From Camelus dromedarius (Eukaryota): 64,000 nucleotides of DNA. A program made the translations under genes and the position numbers. This document shows, piece after piece, positions 48,916 through 61,289 of the stretch (positions within the stretch are counted from its first letter, which is position 1; the number at the start of each line of letters is the position of its first letter). A model generated the notes under the pieces. That model was not told the origin of the DNA and ran no database searches. It worked only from the letters and a program-made list of their open reading frames with translations. Location: the NCBI RefSeq assembly GCF_036321535.1, contig NC_087437.1, positions 98,768,001-98,832,000 of the forward strand. Direction: 5' to 3'.

Positions 48916-49319
48916 TTAATTAACTAATTATTTAAAAGGCATGTGGTAGAACTATATGCTTTAATGTGGAAAGATACCCAAGATACGTTGACGTTGCTGA
49001 AAAAACACAAATACTATGATCCCATTGATGTAAAGAATATGTATACATATATCTGTTTACATATAGGTGTATGTGTGAAAGTGTGTATGTATGTGTATTT
49101 GATAGACAAATGCATGCAGGTATTTAGACAAAGAATTAAACTTTTACACATAAAATTGTTACCTCTGACAAGGAGTGTATCAGTGGGAGGCAAGGAAAAG
49201 AATCTTTCATATTTTACTCTTTATAACTCTAGTTAATTTAATATTTTCATGAGGATAGACTTATGTACTTTTCATAAAAGAAACACAAAAAAAGGAAGAA
49301 CAAGGATTAATAGTAATAG

Positions 49320-49515
49320 AAGAAAAAATAACATTTTTAAGCTCCTATAACAGGCAACGTTCTGAACACTATAGACAGATTAACTCATTTAATCATCAAA
49401 ACAACCCTAGAGAATTTATTATTATTATTATTATTCCCATCAGAAAAGAAGCTAAAACATAGAAGAATTAAGTAACTTCCTTAAGATTAGTAACCTATAA
49501 GTGGTAGAATCAGGA
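49320..49515 (-). mobile_element. MIR SINE
   Basis: 'attaactcatttaatcatcaaaacaaccctag...attattcccat...aattaagtaacttcc'. Confidence 0.75.
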
Positions 49516-50026
49516 AAGAAATAAGGAAGAAAGGAAGGAAAGGAGAGAGGAAGAGAGGAACAGAGTGAAGGATTCATTCATCGGTTGATGTACAGAAGTC
49601 TAAATCTGGCAAAAGTGGTTCAATATGTCAATATCTGCTATGCAAAATTGCAAGTTATTTGAAAGAGAATGAAAGAAGAGGAAGATATTTAGCTCCTGTC
49701 TTGTGGTGTTCAGCTTTTCCAGAGTTCCTGAAATTCCCTAACCAGATTATTTAGTTTTTTCTGGATTCCTATGTGTGTAACCAAACACAAACCCTGTGGC
49801 GCACAGTGACTTGAGTGACGTCTTGCTCTTGGCTTTAATCACATAAATTCCATCTAAGAACATATGTTTTTAACCCAGAGAAATAGTGCCATGTGTCAGA
49901 AAAGCATCATGTAATAAGCTCCCTTAGTCTTTTAAAGAGGAGAAATAATCAAATTAATTTCAATAGGGCAATAAAGCATGGACATTTTCCAAGCGATCAT
50001 CAAGACAATCTATGTTTTCTGCCTAT

Positions 50027-50754
50027 GTTTTTTGTTGTTGTTTTAGTTTTTATTTCATAATCACAAACTAACTTTGCAATCCAGCAAAACTTGGATGGGG
50101 ATGATGAAAATACGGAACCCAAAGAATTGCAGTGAAAACACAAAGATTAGAGGATAGTTTGAGCAGATGGGGCTGGTAGGGTGCCCTCCTGAGCTACAGA
50201 AGGAATGGTCTGGTGGTTAAGATAAAACACATGTCAGATTTACTAGATTTGTCACAGTCAGCAATGGTGACCTTGCTATTCCTGAACTCTAAGTGTTTCA
50301 TGGCTTCCACAATATTCATGCCTCTGTCATTCTGCCAAAGACCACATGTTTGCCATTCAACCACTCAGCCTTAGCAGTGCGGATGAAAACCTGGGAACCG
50401 TTTGTATTGGGGCCAGCACTCGCCGTGGACAAGAGGCCAGGAGCCATATGCTTCAGGACGAAATTCTCACCATCAAATTTTCCCCATGGTTGGACTTGCC
50501 ACCAGTGCCATTATGGCATATGAAATCACCACCTTGGCCCATAAATCATAGAATTATTCTGTGGAAGCAGGGAACTCTGTAACCAAATCCTTTCTCCTCA
50601 GCACTCAGAACATGAAAGTTTTCTGTGTCTTTGGAACTTTGTCGGCAAACAGCTCGAAGGAAGGAGATGCGGCCCAAGGGCATTACCGTGGAGCACTGTG
50701 GAGATGGCCCCGTCGGGCGGCGTGGGAGACGCTGGGCAGTCGCATCTGCAAGGC
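50027..50754 (-). pseudogene. PPIA: Processed pseudogene of cyclophilin A (peptidyl-prolyl isomerase A)
   Basis: Intronless. Minus-strand peptides [63 protein letters not shown] and [14 protein letters not shown] match PPIA. It retains the 5'UTR, the 3'UTR ('ttaaccaccagaccattccttctgtagctcaggag'), AATAAA (50049-54) and a decayed A tail. ATG is lost, with frameshifts and a premature TGA. Confidence 0.97.
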
Positions 50755-50782
50755 TGTGTGTGTTTATTTTTATCACTGACCT

Positions 50783-50860
50783 TTTCTTTTTCTCCCTTCC
50801 TTCTTTCCTTCCCTCTCTCCTTCCTTCCTTCCTTCCTTCCTTCCTTCCTTCCTTTTTCTT
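50783..50860. repeat. (CTTC)n-rich pyrimidine tract
   Basis: Visible directly; it accounts for the low-complexity ORFs at 50598-50990. Confidence 0.95.
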
Positions 50861-51364
50861 TTATTTGCTTATTTGGCCATTTGTTGTTTTTATTCTTCCA
50901 ATTGGTGTAAGCTAACTGCATGAATTTAAAGGAAATTATATATATATTTTTAAAAAGGCACAAAGGAAAAAGAACAATATATACAAACAATATAACAAGA
51001 GAAAATGTTATAAAAACAGATATGTGTCATGTTAAATTAAAATGCTTCTTCCTTCTGAATTTTCTTACTCAACACGTCAGTGTATCATGACAGATTACAT
51101 TATGCACGGCACTTTATTTTACCTAGAGCTTCTCCATGTGCTGAAAGAGAGATTATGAGTAAGCATTTCAGAGAGACATGGCGCTGGTCTCCTTCTATCT
51201 CTTTATTCATGAAAATAATAGATCACTTGTTTCTATTAAATGAATATGAAGTCATACTTGTAGTCTTCCTATCATGGGATTTTACCATCTTAAAGGTTTT
51301 ATGTGGGATCAAAATGAGATTGATCATTATAGTCATTATAATCTTCTAATTTAAAAAATTTTTA

Positions 51365-51470
51365 CGAACTACTATATACAGAATAGATAAACAACAAGGT
51401 ACTACTGTATGGCACAGGGAACTATATTCAATAACTTGTAATAATCTATGACAAAAAAGAATATGAAAAA

Positions 51471-51518
<48 letters not shown>

Positions 51519-51588
51519 GAATCACTTTGCTGTATGCCAGAAACTAACACAACATCATAAATCAACTATACTTCAATAAAAAAAAAAT
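51365..51588 (+). mobile_element. L1 3' end with expanded (AT)n
   Basis: 'aactactatatacagaatagataaacaacaaggtactactgtatggcacagggaactatattcaat...tcaactatacttcaataaaaaaa'; (AT)n at ~51473-51516. Confidence 0.9.
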
Positions 51589-53447
51589 CATGTTAAGTTT
51601 ATTTATAAATGACCCCTGAACATGTTCATGCAGTCCAACCACTGGTGTTACATTACAGAGAATACCAGTTTACTAACAATTTCAAGATTGCCCTGTGGTT
51701 TTTCTGCTTCAGAGCATGACGTTTATTCATTGTGAATCAGGATTAAAGCCGAGCATATATGATTACAAATGCACACTTGGCAAATCTCGGCTTTCACAAT
51801 TCAAAGTGTCTACAAATAAAGAACTGCTCTTTTAAGCACAAACTGAAAAAACAAAAAAATACGGTATCACATCTCATTTGCGGATTGTGTTCCTCTGAAA
51901 GAGACTGAAAGATGAGGTCACACTGTGCTGTTAAAGCATATTCCCTTTTACACTGAGGCAAAGATATGATTTAAGAGTGTGCTCATCACTATAGCCATGC
52001 TTTTTATGCTGTGAGCTATTGAAACATAAATACACCACTAATTCTTCACAGCTACTAGACTATAAATCAAATATGTCACTTAGTGAATGACCTTTATTCT
52101 TCATTTCAGTTTCTTACTAAAGATTACTGGCTATTTGTGAGTACTACAAGAAAACATAGACAGTTTTGAGGAAAATGCTCTAGCCTATCATTTCCCTAAG
52201 GCAACTTGCATCACTTGAAGCTCTCTCTGAGTAATGAAACAAACAGCTAGTTGAAAGGTGAAAATTTTACTCAAACAATTTTTATAGGGTTTATATTTTC
52301 ATTCCTCCTATAAGATGCTAAGTAATGGATGTGAATTTTTTTTTCCCACTGAATTCGCCGATTATTTTGATGGTAAGTAATTAGAGACACAAGTTCATTA
52401 AGAAATGAAATCGTCAGACAAAATGAGGATTTGTTGAGATAATTCCTCTTGGGAAAAAAATTCAGCAGTAACAATTTAAAAAATTACCTCAGCTCAACCA
52501 TAATAATAACAGCTCCCATTTACTGAAAATTTGCTGTATACTGGCCACTCACCAGAATGTATCACCTCTGGCCAGTTCAGATCTGAGAGCCCATTGGGTT
52601 TATCAATAAGCAAGGTCACTGTTATGTTTACCAAGAGTAGTTTCTGAACCAGGTTCAGTGATGATGGAGGCCAGGTTTCAATGGATTGAGAAAGAGTGGG
52701 CAGGGAGAAAGTGGAAACAGCTACCATGGAAACACAATCACTCATAAAAGGAAAAAGATAGAGAGAAAAAAAGCTGGTTGGAAACATGGACTTTAAGAAA
52801 AGTTTGTTTGTTTCTTTCTTTCTTTTTAAAAGATATATAAATGAAGCCTGGAATCGCACTTTGAAGTTACCGAAAAGAGAAGCAGTAATCTGAGCAAACC
52901 AACGGAAAGGTCAGAAAGAGGAGGAAGGTTTCAGGAGATGAGATCTCTTCTGTGTTGATTCTGTACATCGTACCGGACACTCATCCTTGGGTACCCCAGG
53001 AGCACCTTAGAGTCGGCACTTCCTCCCCACCCCCACATTTGTTCTTCTGCTTCCTCTCTGAATGAATGGCACCATTATCCACCTACGTTCCCAAATCAAA
53101 AATCTGGACATGATGCAGAATCATGCCTTTTCTTTATCCTGTTATCCTATTGCCAAGTTCTGTTCATTTTCTCTTTTAAAAATAAGATTTTACATTTCTC
53201 TTGAGAATCTTTCCCTGAGAAGCCAAGTCCAGGTTAGGTGCCCTATTATAAGAGTCAGGATCCCATCAGAAAAACAGAAATTATGGCAGATATTACAGCA
53301 GAGGGCTTTTAATACAAGGAGTTACAAGGAGTTAATAACCCAGAGAAAGAGTTAACAAGTTGAGGCAAATGAAAGAATAACAACAGAAAGCCAACCCCAC
53401 CTCTGGGGACTGAGGGACAACTCAAAGAGATGATGTTACTAGAACCA

Positions 53448-53620
53448 GCAGTGTCCTGGTTAATGTTTAACATCCAGCTCTCTGCGGAATAACAAAGCCC
53501 GTTTGCTAATTGCTGTGGTGTAAATATCCGACCATGGCTGATTTCAAGCTACCAACTCATCACTAAGTAAGGAGTTGGGAAGAGATGAACAGATTCAGCT
53601 CTTATAAGGTGACATACCAG
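53448..53620 (+). mobile_element. MER63-like hAT-Blackjack fragment nested in an old LTR
   Basis: 'gtgtcctggttaatgtttaacatccagctctc...gtgtaaatatccgaccatggctgatttcaagctacc'. Confidence 0.65.
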
Positions 53621-54649
53621 AAAGCACAGGCTGAGCTAGTCAAGCAGAATATAGAGCCATGGAGGTGAGGCAGCTGTTTCCAAAGATGCTGACTAATTAG
53701 GGCAAGGGGATAGATAACTTGGCTTCTCCAGTCCACCTCTTCCATTTTCTCTCAGTGCCTCTCTGTTGCCAAACCCCACCAAATTCTAGCTTACCCTGGG
53801 AAATTCACCCTGAAATTTCAGATCTCCTCAGTTACAGAGCAGAGCTGAGAAAGACAAGAACTGGATACAGGAACAGATGAGTAAAAGACTCCTGGAATAC
53901 TTCTACCTCCATTAGAACTGGTCTGCAAGCTCTCTGAGGACAGGGACCACTGCATAGCTCAGAGTCTGGCATTCAGTAAGCATCAAATGTTTTACAGAAT
54001 AAGTGAATGTTGATTAGCAAATGTAATGGCATTTAATAAGCAGAAAATCTATGTCTATCTGTGTATACATGACTTGCTGTCAAATAGCCACATTCACTGA
54101 TATAGTGGAGCTATAACTTGGCAAAATTGCATACACAGGTGTTATACTGCTTCACTTTTTAAAAACTCCCATTAGTGCCTTAGCCCTTTGATCACATCTC
54201 ATACAGTTTGCTGGAAAACCGAAAGCTCGTGTTTGATCTAATGATCCTTGTAATTTAAAAATCTCCAAATTATTTACAAATCTATGTTTTAGCAATTATC
54301 ATTAGCCTAGTGTATTGTGTAAGTTTCCCTCTCCATCTAGCTCCAGCAACTCCAAAGCCCTTAGTTAAAAATCTTCATCTCTATTGCTGGTTCCTGCCAA
54401 TGGAAACTGTTTCAGTTTCTACCAGTCTTCTACCTGGTCCAACTTCTATTTCTAACACATTCAACAGAGTCAAATGTGTTTCATTTGAAGGATTATCTAT
54501 GCTAGAATTTTCCTGCTGATCTTTTCCCGTGGTGCTTCTGCTTCATGGGGCTGCTTTTGTTCAAATATGTATTTAGAATGATTTGTAAGTCTTGGCAAAG
54601 GTAAACAAATCTGGACACTGGATAAAGAGATAAAGACAATTCTCTTTTT

Positions 54650-54850
54650 AAAATTTTTTTAATTGATGTATAGTTGATTTACAAAGTTGTGTCAATTTCT
54701 GGTGTGCAGCATAATGTTTCAGTCTTACATATACATACATATATATTCCTTTTCATACTCTATTTCATTATAGGTTACTGTAAGATATTAAGTATATTTC
54801 CCTGTGCTATACAGTAGAAACTTGTCATTTATCTATTTTATATACAGTGG
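54650..54850 (-). mobile_element. L1 3' end
   Basis: 'ttaattgatgtatagttgatttacaaagttgtgtcaatttctggtgtgcagcataatg'. Confidence 0.85.
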
Positions 54851-54869
54851 TTAGTAATTGGTAATATAT

Positions 54870-55312
54870 TGTTGTAATAGAAAAAGAGTCTGGAGTAAAC
54901 TGAACTCAACTCTGATTTGTACAGAAGGGACTGGACATTTTAGAAGAATGAGGGAGAGGGGTGAGCAGGGGCTCAATAGAGTGAAGGAAGAGCAAAATTG
55001 CAAAAAAGCAGGAAAAAGAAGTTGGTGCATGTGAAACTCACCTGGGTTTATTAACTGGTGTTTACAGAATTTAGCTCCTACACACTCTCCGAGGATGGAA
55101 GACAGAGGCCCCATCCTCAGGTGTTGGTTGGAACAGACAGGAAAGTCTTAGGGCAGCCTTGAGTTCTCCCGGGCAGGCACTATCAGGGTCATTGAGCTGT
55201 TAGAAACAACGTTAATGTTTTGTTCAAGTCTTAAAAGCCAAAGTTGGGCCTAACCCAGAAGAGTGCTCAGAGGTGCCTGCCTAGAGTTTGGCCAAGGAGA
55301 GCATCTTTGTCG
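54870..55312 (-). mobile_element. MER31/MER67-like ERV1 LTR
   Basis: The reverse strand begins 'gacaaagatgctctccttggccaaactctaggcaggcacctctgagcac'. Confidence 0.7.
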
Positions 55313-55512
55313 GTCTTAAGCCAAAGTGCATTCTCAGCTATTCACTCTCACCAGATAGCCTCCCTGTCAGAAAGGTAAGAGAAGGTCATTACAATCAGTT
55401 ACGTGCCTTCCCTTCCCCACCTCCCACAGCATAAGCTCTCTCAGAGCAGGAGCTAGGTGTGGTTCCCTTTTGAACTACTTCCTCTGTGTATTTATCCATT
55501 TTTCTCCACATT

Positions 55513-56557
55513 CACTGCCACCCAAGGTGGCAAGTTGTGGGTGAGGGCTTCCTCAGGTGCAGGCAATAAAGAGATGTCTATCATCTAGAGAGATTTTTAA
55601 ACCATCTGCTTGTCATTGTCACCATTCTTGAGAGGGTCAGTGACAAAAGTACTCCTCTTCCCTCCAATCTTCCATTGATCCAAATTCTGGATAATTTCTC
55701 TTGCTCCTGTTAGTTCTAATAATAATACATGTAAGCTTCAAATTAGCACAATTTTATCCCTTATCTTTTAATAAATATTGTATTTTTACAAGAGGTTCAT
55801 TTGGAGAATTCCCAGTTGTACAATCAGCTTTTAACACTTGTGGACTCAGAATATGGTTTCATTTCAAAATAACTTTGGAATGGTTCAGAAATCAGTTCAG
55901 CTCTCTTTGGGTGCTGTATGCATCTTTCATTCTTTCATTTAAACAGTAGAGTCAAAATATATAATGAAAGCACATTGTAAAAGAAAAAGAAGCAGAACTT
56001 GAGTTCCTTCAATTCTGTCATTCTGTGTGACCACTGGTGTGTATATTTGTGTTAACAACATTAAAAAATTAAAACAGAATGTGAACCAGGAGGTACAATA
56101 TTCCACTTGCTAAATGCAAGTTTTAATTTATACATACTGAATAGTATTTAAATTGAAATTTATTTAATTAGTACTAGTTTTAAAACTAAAAAATGAATTA
56201 GGAAGACAAAACATTCCATGAGTTTTGTCACCAAGTTGTTGCTTAAATTCACTTAGTAATTGCCAGAAAAATATTTACGTAGGACATTATGAAAGAATTA
56301 TAACAGATGATTAAAGTTTAAACTGTTAAAGAAATATAAAAACAACTGAGTGACTAGCTGTACATTTATCCGTTTGGGGTGCGACATTATTTATTTTATC
56401 CTTCATTTTTTTTAATTGCCATGTTACAAAATTCAGTGAAGAAAGTCTTCCTTGCCTGTATTTCTTTTCTATCCTTTATCACTCTAATAATTTTGTGACA
56501 TGGGGAGGTATTAAAAAATGAGACATTACAGTGTTAAATGCACTAGGTACCTCCCTC
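55513..56557 (+). mobile_element. Zaphod/MER115-type hAT-Tip100 deletion derivative
   Basis: 5' part 'caggtgcaggcaataaag...gtaagcttcaaattagcac...cagaacttgagttccttcaattctgtcattctgtgtgaccac'; 3' part 'ttaaaaaatga...gtgttaaatgcactaggtac'. Confidence 0.7.
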
Positions 56558-56559
56558 AT

Positions 56560-57215
56560 CGCCACTGTCCTCTCTCAAACCACAGCACCTGCTTCCTATC
56601 TGGGCTTCTTCCCACTCACACACCCTTATGATCAGTTTCTCACATAGGAATCACAGAATGATCTTTTCAAAATACAGATCTAATCATACCCACTCCCTTC
56701 GCTTTAAATCCTTCCATGGCTTTGAAATGCTCTTAGGCTGAAGACACAGCTCCTTGTCATGGCCCCATAAGTTCTGCCCCTGACCCATTCATTACCTTCA
56801 CCCCTACTTCATCTTCACCCTTTCCTGTGCTCCAGGCTCTCATCACGCTCTCTGCTCCACTCACGCTGGCCTCACTCAGTCTCTTCTACTTCCCCACTCC
56901 CTCTCTCCACAAAGCTTTGCAAATGCTGTTCCCTTTCCCAAAAAGGCTAGGCCTTTTGCTTTTTTTCTAGTTAATTCTTACTTATCCTTCAGAGTTTCAT
57001 TTCATTGTTAGCTCTTCAAAGATGTCTTCTTCTTTGGCTAGATGAAAACCCAACAATTATAGCCTCACATAGCATCATCTGCCTCTCCTTCCAGCACATG
57101 TCAGACCTGCAGTTTTACTGGTGTTGCTTATTGAGTAATGTTTGTTCTGCTATTAGACTCTCCTGTCTGCTCATCATAATATGCCTAGGGCCTGACACAT
57201 TGCCTGGCAAATTAA
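56560..57215 (+). mobile_element. L2 3' region
   Basis: 'gaatgatcttttcaaaatacagatctaatcat...ctttaaatccttccatggct...gcctagggcctgacacattgcctggca'. Confidence 0.8.
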
Positions 57216-57400
57216 AGAAAGAAAAGAATGAAAAAAAAAGGAAGGAAGGAAAGAAGGAAGGGAGAGAGAGAGAGAGAGAGAAAGGAAAGGAAAGAAAAAA
57301 AGGAAAGAAAAGAAAAGAAAAGAGAAAAGAAAAGAAAAGAAAAGAAAAGAAAAGAAAAGAAAAGAAAAGAAAAGGAAAGGAAAGGAAAGGAAAAAGAAAG
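57215..57400. repeat. Purine microsatellite (GAAAA)n/(GGAA)n/(GA)n
   Basis: Visible directly; it produces the K/R/E-rich and F/S/L-rich spurious ORFs. Confidence 0.95.
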
Positions 57401-58714
57401 ACAAGGATGGAGGGAGAAATTGAAAAACCCAGAGAGAGGAAGGGAGAAAAGTGTGACAAAGAATTAAAAAGACCTAATAAATTAGACGAAATGATAACTA
57501 TTCAGTGTTGGAATGGTATGAGTCATAAACTTTAAACTTTTACTGTAAATCTTTCATAAAATATTTAGGGAAGGTTAATTTACTCTCAATAATCATTTAG
57601 TATAATCTCTCACACAAAACTCTTCTCTATTAATTATTTTGTAAGGTCATCATTTTATTAAAATATGGGCAAAAGAAATGCAAGGAAGCACCAAAAACAA
57701 ATTAAAATGGCAAAAACTGAAAAAAAAAATCTCAAATTACATCACAAATAAAGTGTTAGTTTTCCTAATAAGGAGACTTCCTGAAAAATGAGAAGAAAAA
57801 GACTCACAGCCCTTTAGACAGACAAAAGACATGAAAAAACAATTCACAAATAAACACGAAAATTTGCTCAATCTTGCTCACGTAAGAGAATGTAATTGAA
57901 ACGACACAAGTGAGATTGGCAGAAATCCAAAAGTTTGACAGCATATTTTATTGAGGTGGCTCTAGGGAAATGAGCAGTCTTGTATTTTCTTGGTAAGAAG
58001 GGTCTACAAGGATATAATCCTTACAGAGGAGAATTTGGTACTAACTAGCAAAATTACATCTGCATTTACCTTTTAATCACCCTCCAATAAAAACTTTGTC
58101 TGGGAATCTATTTCAAAGCTACTCTGGGGATTGGGTATATGGGGTGAAGTGTTCATGTGGTTCCATTTTATTCCTCTCTCTACTTTTGTGATTATTTGTA
58201 AATATCCTTAATGAAAAGGATTTAAAAACTAGCATATGCTGGTGTTTTCTTTTCACTGCAGAATTCTAATGCCTTTGCTTGAGTTTCTCCAGAAAAACAA
58301 AGCCTAAGATAAAAGTTGCTGCATGAATGGACTATTCAGAAATGTGAGGGAGGGGGGATGGAAAACAGGGAAGAAGGGGGATTCATTACAAAGGTGCATT
58401 GTTGAGTTGGCCACCACAAGAGGTTGCTCAAACGGAGGGACTTTCTGAGAAAGCCTAATGGAATGAACCTCAGAAGCAGACACTCTCAGCCTCAGGGAGG
58501 CCCCGGGGCGGAAGGTGAGCAGTAACGCACCTGCATCACCTGGGTGCGTGCCCTGTTAGGTCATCTCAGTGACAGGAAGTCCGGAAAGGAGTTCTGTGTA
58601 GAAATAGTTCCTGCGTCTGTGACTGGACAAAGAGAATTCAATATGGTGCACAGGAGTCCCAGGAAAAGGGACTATTCCCACCTGTGGTGAGTTTTAAAAC
58701 CTGACTTTGAACTA

Positions 58715-58875
58715 TGTTCAATGGCTTGTAGTAACCTATGATGGAAAAGAATATATATATTTAAATATTGTATATATGTATATACAATATATATATGTAT
58801 AACTGAATCACTATACTGTATACCAGAAACTAATACAGAATTGTAAATCAGCTATATTTCAATAAAGAAAAAAAG
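58715..58875 (+). mobile_element. Short L1 3' end
   Basis: 'cttgtagtaacctatgatggaaaagaata...tataactgaatcactatactgtataccagaaactaa...tcaataaag'. Confidence 0.8.
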
Positions 58876-59582
58876 TTGAGTTTGTTTTAGTAGAATGAAA
58901 TTAATAATGTGCTTACTTTCAAAAATTTGGGTATTAAACAGTCAAAACACTAATTTTATTATTACCAACTTTACCAAGATACGCAGCTTCCTCAGGAAGA
59001 AATAATACAGATTAAAGTTATAAAAGTATATTATAGATGTTAAGAGTTCAAACATGTACCAACCAATAAGAATAAGCCAGTTGTAAATGGTTTTCAGTGA
59101 AGCAGGCCTAAATATTTAGCATACTTAGCATAATAAATATGCTAATGGGGGTAAGAAAATATATATACCATGTGTATATACATTGATTTTGAAGAGTTTG
59201 GTGATAAAAAGAGAGGGAACGTAAGCTGGCGTACCGTATGCCCCATAAGCAGTTATCGAGGCAATGACAGAACAGCCAAGGGCTCATTTTGAAATGCTGA
59301 TTATTCCTCTATGCCAGACAGCAGTGGGAATCAAAATGATTTACTCTAAGAACTTTGACTGTATTGCTGTGAAATCATTTATACACTGTTAAGTGATTTG
59401 AATACCCGTGAAGTCTGTAAGTCCCCCAAGCTTGTTCCTTCACATTTCCCAGCATTTCTCCCACCACCCAGATATTATGTGAAGTAATAAGTCTGGAATT
59501 CATAAGCAGATAACATTTCTACTGGCTTCAATCATATGGGCCAGTGAAAAGGTTGCTATGTTCTCAATATGGTCTTCCCATT

Positions 59583-60212
59583 TGTATTCATTTCCCATGG
59601 CTGTTGTAAGAGATTAACACAAGTTGGGTGACTGAAAACAACAGAAATTTATTTTCTCAGCATTCTGGAAGCCAGAAGTTCAAAACCAAGGTGTCAGCAG
59701 AGCTGTGCTTCCTGCTGAGGCGCTTGGAGAGAATCCATCCCTTGCCTCGTCTAGCTTCTCCGGTGGCTGCCGACATTCCTTGGTGTTCCTAGGCTTGTGG
59801 GCTCTGTCACTCCAATCTCTGCCTCTGTCTTCACATCGCCTTCTCCGCTGTGTGTTTCAAGTCCCCCTCCACCTCTTTCTTATAAGAACACCTGTGACGT
59901 CATTTAGGGCCCATCAGGATAATCCAAGATTATCGCTTCATCTCAATTCTTTTTTTTTTTTTAATAGCTAGTTTTTTGGGGGGAGAGGGTGAAGTACTTA
60001 GGTTTATTTATTTATTTAATGGAGGTACAGGGAATTGAACCCAGGACCTTGTGCATGCTAAGCACACGCTCTGCCACTGAGCTCTACACTCTCCTCTCAA
60101 TTATTCTTAAATTATTCACATCTGCAAAGACAGTTTTTTCAAACAAGGTAACATTTACACGTTTGAGAGACAGAACCTGGTATCTCTGGGGCCACCATTC
60201 AGCCCTTTCCAC
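59583..60212 (-). mobile_element. MaLR LTR (MLT1B/C-like), interrupted by a SINE
   Basis: 'aacaacagaaatttattttctcagcattctggaagccagaagttcaaaaccaaggtgtcagcag...cacatctgcaaagac'. Confidence 0.85.
59949..60094 (-). mobile_element. tRNA-derived camelid-type SINE (vic-1-like) with TSD
   Basis: Reverse strand 'gagctcagtggcagagcgtgtgcttagcatgcacaaggtcctgggttcaattccctgtacctccattaaataaataaataaacc' plus poly-A. TSD tctcaatt at 59941-48 and 60095-102. Confidence 0.9.
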
Positions 60213-60354
60213 CAACCTTGAGTTCATCTCCTGGTGCTAATTTCTGCTGCACTCACTGCTGCTGTAGAGCGACAACTGAAAAGGAAATTCTGCCTCCCTC
60301 GCGCCACACCTGTTCACGTCCCCGCCCGAAGGTTAGCCACATTCTGTTTCTAAG

Positions 60355-60571
60355 TTGGAGGTCAGCACACTTTTTTTTTGCAAAGTCCCAAATAATAAAT
60401 ATTTAACGATTTGCAGGCCATGTGGTCTCTGTCACAACGATTTAACTTTGCCTTCATAGTGAGAAAGCAGCCGTAAACAATACGTAAATATACGTGTTCC
60501 AAAAAAGCTTTCTTTTCAAAACCAGGCCGTGGATCAGATTTGGCCTGTGGACTGAGGTTTGCTGACTCTTA
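60355..60571 (+). mobile_element. MER58A-type hAT MITE
   Basis: 'gaggtcagcacacttttt...gcaggccatgtggtctctgtcacaac...gatttggcctgtggactgaggtttgctgactc'. Confidence 0.8.
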
Positions 60572-60778
60572 CAAGGTCTAGGCTTCTCTTGGGGAAAGTG
60601 AAAATATTTCTGTATTTCAGGGTCTGTACAGAAATCTCCCTGTGTTTCTGGAATTGCCTTGAAAGAGAGAAGGGTGAATATGCTAAAACTGAGAAAGGAG
60701 GAGGACAGACTCCATCAGGGATGCAGGTGTGAGTGAGGCAACCCACGTCTAGAGGAAGAGATGTGACAGCTCGGGGAG

Positions 60779-61289
60779 TGTATCCATTTCCTATTGCTGC
60801 TGTCAGAAATTACCACGAACCTAGGGTTTAAAACTACAAATGTGTCATCTTACAGTTCTATAGGTTGGAAGCCCAACAGAGATCTCACCGGATTAAAACC
60901 AAGACATCAGCAGGACTACACTTCTTCTGGAGGCTCTAGAGCAGAGTCCATGTCCCTGCCTTCACCAGTCTCTAGACGCTGCCCACATTCCTGGCCCATG
61001 GTCCTCTTTCTCCATCTTCAAAGCCAGCAGCAGCAGTAGGTTGAGTCCTTCTCACATCAGGATCACTCCAACCTTCTTTTCTGCCTCCTTCTTCCACTTT
61101 TGAAGACACTTATGATTACATTGGACCTACCCAGGAAATCCAGGACAATATCCTTATTTTAAGTCAGTTGATTAGCAATGTTAATCATTTCTGCCACCTT
61201 CATTCCCCTTTTCCATATAATGCAACATATTCCCAGTTCTGGGAACAAGGATGTGATGTCTTTAGGGGACCATCATTCTGTCCACCACA
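60779..61289 (-). mobile_element. MaLR LTR (MLT1C/D-like)
   Basis: 'tgtatccatttcctattgctgctgtcagaaattaccac...ggggaccatcattctgtccaccaca'. Confidence 0.88.

Noticed and set aside
50027..50754. TRIMCyp-like cyclophilin fusion or functional retrogene
   Set aside because: Multiple frameshifts and a stop, lost ATG, and no TRIM exons in the window. The flanking TSD is also too degenerate to call.
57005..57535. Longest ORF (176 aa) and overlapping K/R/E-rich or F/S/L-rich ORFs
   Set aside because: They are translations of an L2 3' end plus a (GAAAA)n microsatellite.
58763..58790. 12-bp inverted repeat atattgtatata/tatatacaatat
   Set aside because: It lies in the low-complexity TA tract of an L1 3'UTR.
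60020..60094. tRNA gene
   Set aside because: It is the tRNA-like head of a SINE, with an A tail and TSD and no intact acceptor stem.
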